Made by a program: the position numbers and the translations under genes. DNA of 64,000 bases, from NCBI GenBank assembly GCA_964548275.1, contig CAZJQI010000004.1, positions 13,149 to 77,148 of the forward strand, read 5' to 3'. Numbering within the stretch: the first letter of the stretch is position 1; the number at the start of each line of letters is the position of its first letter. The stretch is from an uncultured Gemmatimonadales bacterium (GTDB lineage: Bacteria; Gemmatimonadota; Glassbacteria; GWA2-58-10). Shown here piece after piece: positions 61,049 to 64,000 of this stretch. The notes under the pieces are model-generated. The model did not search any database, was not told the DNA's origin, and saw nothing but the letters and a program-made list of their open reading frames with translations.

Positions 61049-62440
61049 ATGCATGAGAACTTATCGAACGAAAAAGTAAAACTTCAACGCGTTCTTTCCC
61101 TGAGCGATCTGGTTATTTATGGCATTATTCTGATCCAGCCTGTTGCAGCACTCCCCCTGTTCGGACTGGCAAACAGGGATTCACAGGGCCATGCGGTTAC
61201 TACGATTCTGATTGCAATGGTTGCCATGATCTTTACCGCTGTCAGCTACGGCCGCATGGCGAATCGCCATCCCGCCGCAGGTTCGGCATATACTTATGTG
61301 GGCAAAGGGCTGAACCCGCATCTCGGTTTTATCGCCGGCTTCACAATGTTCATGGATTACATAATCATCCCCATTCTATGCACCATCTATACAAGCATCG
61401 CCGCAAACCACATGATGCCTGTTATCCCGACTCGCGTCTGGTTCATAATAGTTGCCGGGGGATTCACCTATTTGAACCTCAGAGGGATCAGGGCTACCAA
61501 CCGAGCAAATTGGGTCCTGATGATCGTTATGAGCGTTGTTGTATTCTGGTTTATGACAGCCGCCGTACGGTATGCCTTGATAAAAGAGGGATTGGGTGGG
61601 TTGTTTACCTTGGAACCTTTTTTTCATAAGGATACGTTTTCCTGGTCTGTTATAGGCAGGGGGACAGCCTTGGCGGCATTGACATACATTGGATTTGACG
61701 GCTTGACCACACTTTCGGAAGAGGTGAAAAATCCGAGACGTAACGTGCTGCTCGCAACAGTGATTACCTGCCTGATAACAGGTATCTGGAGCGGTTCACA
61801 GATATATCTTGCCCAGGCATCGGTGTCATGGGCGGAATGGCCGGCTTTCCTTCAGGATATGACTACCAAATTCGGAGCGGAAAGCGCCCTCGAAAAAGCT
61901 ATTATCGGTGTCGCCAACCTGGTCGGAGGGGGTGCACTGGAAGTGACCCTGGCTTTTATCCTGATGGTAGGAAGCATCGGCTCCGGCGTGACCGGAATGG
62001 CCGGAGCGTCGCGCGTGATGTTCGGAATGGGAAGGGATAAAATGCTCCCACACAAATTTTTCGGCCATTTGAGTAAAAAACATGCGGTCCCTTCCTACAA
62101 CATAATTCTCATCGGATCGATCGCCCTTGTCGGAGCAAATGTTCTGACCTATGACAAATGCGCCCACCTCATCAATTACGGCGCTTTTCTGGCTTTCATG
62201 CTGGTCAACGCGGCCTCCATACGCGAGTATTTTTATAAAGGCGAACAAAAAAATATCAAGTCATTCCTGAAGAACTTTCTCCCGCCGGCGACAGGAATCG
62301 TTGCCTGTTTCGCCATCTGGCAGAGTCTGCCTCGGCTGACGTTTATCATCGGCGGGGCGTGGACACTGATCGGGATTATTTACCTTGCTATCCGTACCAG
62401 GGGATTCCGCAAAACAGTGCAGGTTCAGGATGTTTTCTGA
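61049..62440 (+). CDS. APC-superfamily amino acid permease
   Basis: Start at MHENLSNEK. Twelve predicted TM segments and AA_permease_2-like motifs. Confidence 0.8.
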   Translation: MHENLSNEKVKLQRVLSLSDLVIYGIILIQPVAALPLFGLANRDSQGHAVTTILIAMVAMIFTAVSYGRMANRHPAAGSAYTYVGKGLNPHLGFIAGFTMFMDYIIIPILCTIYTSIAANHMMPVIPTRVWFIIVAGGFTYLNLRGIRATNRANWVLMIVMSVVVFWFMTAAVRYALIKEGLGGLFTLEPFFHKDTFSWSVIGRGTALAALTYIGFDGLTTLSEEVKNPRRNVLLATVITCLITGIWSGSQIYLAQASVSWAEWPAFLQDMTTKFGAESALEKAIIGVANLVGGGALEVTLAFILMVGSIGSGVTGMAGASRVMFGMGRDKMLPHKFFGHLSKKHAVPSYNIILIGSIALVGANVLTYDKCAHLINYGAFLAFMLVNAASIREYFYKGEQKNIKSFLKNFLPPATGIVACFAIWQSLPRLTFIIGGAWTLIGIIYLAIRTRGFRKTVQVQDVF

Positions 62441-62675
62441 TTTGATTGAATAATTTCCCGGATCTTGGCACTTGCTCCGGTATTACTGTAGTTGGTTATT
62501 GCATTTGAATATTCCTGTGGCATGAGGTGCCAGGAATTTTGTTTAATCCACATTCACCATATTAAGATTGAAAGTGGTTTTCGAAACCGGCCTAAGGTGT
62601 TAAAATTATATTCTGTTCGGTATCTAAATATCCTTTCCAGGCCTGACCTGGTATGCCGGTATTATTTAAGGAGTA

Positions 62676-63365
62676 TTGATGGATTCACTGAAAGAGATTA
62701 AAAGTCAGATCATTCATGTCTGCCGTCGAATTTACCAGCGGGAGATGGTAGCCTCCAATGACGGCAATGTGACTGTAAGAGCAGGGGAAGACCGGGTCGT
62801 GGCTACGCCCTCGGGTATGAGCAAGGGTTTTCTGCGGGAGGAGGACCTGGTGCTGACAGACATGGATGGCAATATTATCGAGGGGAAAGACCGGTCAGTG
62901 ACCAGCGAGATAAAGATTTACTGCAATATCTACAGGAACAGGCCGGATGTCAAAGCAGCCGTGCACGCGCATCCCCTTCACGCAACCGCCTATGCCGCCG
63001 CCGGAAAGACAGTCGATTCAAAGGTGCTTCCCGAGTCCGTGCTTTCCCTGGGCGAGGTTCCGCTTGTACCCTACGGCACTCCGGGGACCGATGAACTGGC
63101 CGGTCAGGTCGAAAAGTATCTTGACCGTCACGAGGTTTTCCTGCTGGCAAATCACGGGGCGCTTGCCTTGGGAAGAAATGTGATCGAGGCTTATCACCGG
63201 ATGGAGTGCCTGGAACATACGGCCAGAATCGTTTTCCTGGCCGAAACCCTGGGTGGCGCGATACAACTGACTCCTGAGCAGATTGCCGGCATATTCGAAG
63301 TGCATGGCAGCAAGACTACACAGAGAATTCAGCAGGCCGGCAGGGAAATGAGCGGGCTGGAGTGA
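62676..63365 (+). CDS. Class II aldolase/adducin-family protein (fuculose-1-P aldolase or ribulose-5-P epimerase-like)
   Basis: N-terminal motif REMVASNDGNVTVR with metal-binding His residues (HAHP). Confidence 0.85.
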   Translation: MMDSLKEIKSQIIHVCRRIYQREMVASNDGNVTVRAGEDRVVATPSGMSKGFLREEDLVLTDMDGNIIEGKDRSVTSEIKIYCNIYRNRPDVKAAVHAHPLHATAYAAAGKTVDSKVLPESVLSLGEVPLVPYGTPGTDELAGQVEKYLDRHEVFLLANHGALALGRNVIEAYHRMECLEHTARIVFLAETLGGAIQLTPEQIAGIFEVHGSKTTQRIQQAGREMSGLE

Positions 63366-63573
63366 TAATCCCTGCTTGTTTAGCTGAAGATCAACTGAAA
63401 GACTGCTCTTTTCGATTATAAATGACCTGCGGTGATTAATATTCTATGTTAAAAGCATAGTTTATTATCGCTGGAATACGGTACCACCGGTTGATATCAA
63501 TTTCCGGAATCTTGTCCCAGAAAAAAACTCCTCCCGGGGGCTTGATTAATTGAGATCGGGAAAAAGAGCGAGC

Positions 63574-64000
63574 TTGACTGAAAGGCTGGACTCTCTTTAC
63601 GAGTTCGACCGCGAACCGGTGAAAGAACAGAGCCTGCAGGGGATCGGGAATTTTATCGGGATGTACGCTGGTGAGCACGTGGCCGGGACCGAATTCGTGA
63701 TCGGCCCGCTGTTTGTGGTGCACGGGGTCACTGCCGGAGACCTGTTCCTGGGCCTGATCGTCGGTAACCTTCTCGCCGTGTTGAGCTGGGCTTTCCTCTG
63801 CGCTCCTGTCGCCTTAAAAACCCGCCTGACTCTTTACTGGCAGCTCAGAAAAATCTGCGGCCCTTACCTGACTGCAATCTACAGTATTGTCAACGCCCTG
63901 ATGTTCTGTTTTCTGGCAGGCGCGATGATCGCGGTCTCTGCCACCGCTGTCGGGCTGCCGTTCAATATGCCCATGCCCGGCCTGACAGATATTTATCCGA
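63574..64000 (+). CDS. NCS1-like nucleobase:cation symporter (cytosine/purine/uracil/allantoin permease family), 3'-truncated at window edge
   Basis: Hand-translated open frame: ...YEFDREPVKEQSLQGIGNFIGMYAGEHVAGTEFVIGPLFVVHGVTAGDLFLGLIVGNLLAVLSW... It resembles NCS1/CodB N-termini. It is not in the track because it lacks a stop. The start is uncertain. Confidence 0.45.
   Translation, partial: MTERLDSLYEFDREPVKEQSLQGIGNFIGMYAGEHVAGTEFVIGPLFVVHGVTAGDLFLGLIVGNLLAVLSWAFLCAPVALKTRLTLYWQLRKICGPYLTAIYSIVNALMFCFLAGAMIAVSATAVGLPFNMPMPGLTDIYP

Noticed and set aside
62468-62480. Sigma54-like TGGCAC...TTGC at 62470
   Set aside because: TTGC follows TGGCAC immediately. The GG-N10-GC spacing required for a -24/-12 promoter is not met.
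63436-63723. Minus-strand 95 aa ORF at the window end
   Set aside because: The + strand in the same region encodes a convincing NCS1-like transporter N-terminus running off the window. The minus ORF has no features.

Overview
This 64 kb window is a bacterial chromosomal segment with roughly 55-60% GC in most genes. It is dense with housekeeping operons, nearly all on the + strand.

By position:

- 1-2.7 kb: tolB (5' partial), pal and cpoB/ybgF.
- 2.7-3.2 kb: nrdR.
- 3.2-7.8 kb: rnfC-D-G-E-A plus a small DUF1844-like gene; rnfB is absent from the cluster.
- 7.9-10.5 kb: a lipoprotein and an outer-membrane beta-barrel pair.
- 10.6-14.9 kb: rplM-rpsI, rpsB-tsf-pyrH-frr.
- 15.1-19.5 kb: uppS-cdsA-dxr-rseP.
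- 19.6-25.2 kb on the minus strand, in transcription order: carA, sppA, eno, ftsB, an initiator-type tRNA-Met, then an M23 peptidase operon.
- 25.2-26.1 kb: a 930 bp leader region.
- 26.1-40.3 kb: a long amino-acid biosynthesis supercluster, ilvB-ilvN-ilvC-cimA/leuA-ilvE-argD-argJ-class V aminotransferase-proC-hom-gdh-like.
- 40.3-41.4 kb: two minus-strand hypothetical genes, one with GspE/MshE N-terminal-like repeats and one lysine/glutamate-rich with a 108 bp tandem repeat.
- 41.5-46.8 kb: an SOS cassette, lexA, a small ORF, and a catalytically intact Y-family polymerase dinB. A low-GC (about 38-47%) two-gene island follows it. The island encodes a TcmP-like, SAM-methyltransferase-like protein and a SplB-like radical SAM enzyme. 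After the island comes a truncated 5' remnant of the error-prone polymerase dnaE2.
- 46.8-53.8 kb: yihY, a nucleosidase, an NTP-transferase, a dockerin-repeat secreted protein, tRNA-Asp, a decayed region with gene fragments including a radC N-terminal remnant, and a DegT-family aminotransferase.
- 54.1-64.0 kb: a cluster of secreted hydrolases (CE4 deacetylase, SGNH hydrolase, neutral-ceramidase-like, GH3 beta-glucosidase) and transporters.

No CRISPR array or rRNA is present. GC-rich perfect palindromes of REP-like type recur in AT-rich intergenic regions.

The most unusual feature is the compositionally foreign TcmP-like plus radical SAM module inserted inside the SOS mutagenesis locus. The track's ORF calling appears to treat TTG and GTG as starts. 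A few start coordinates were re-derived by hand and may be off by a codon.
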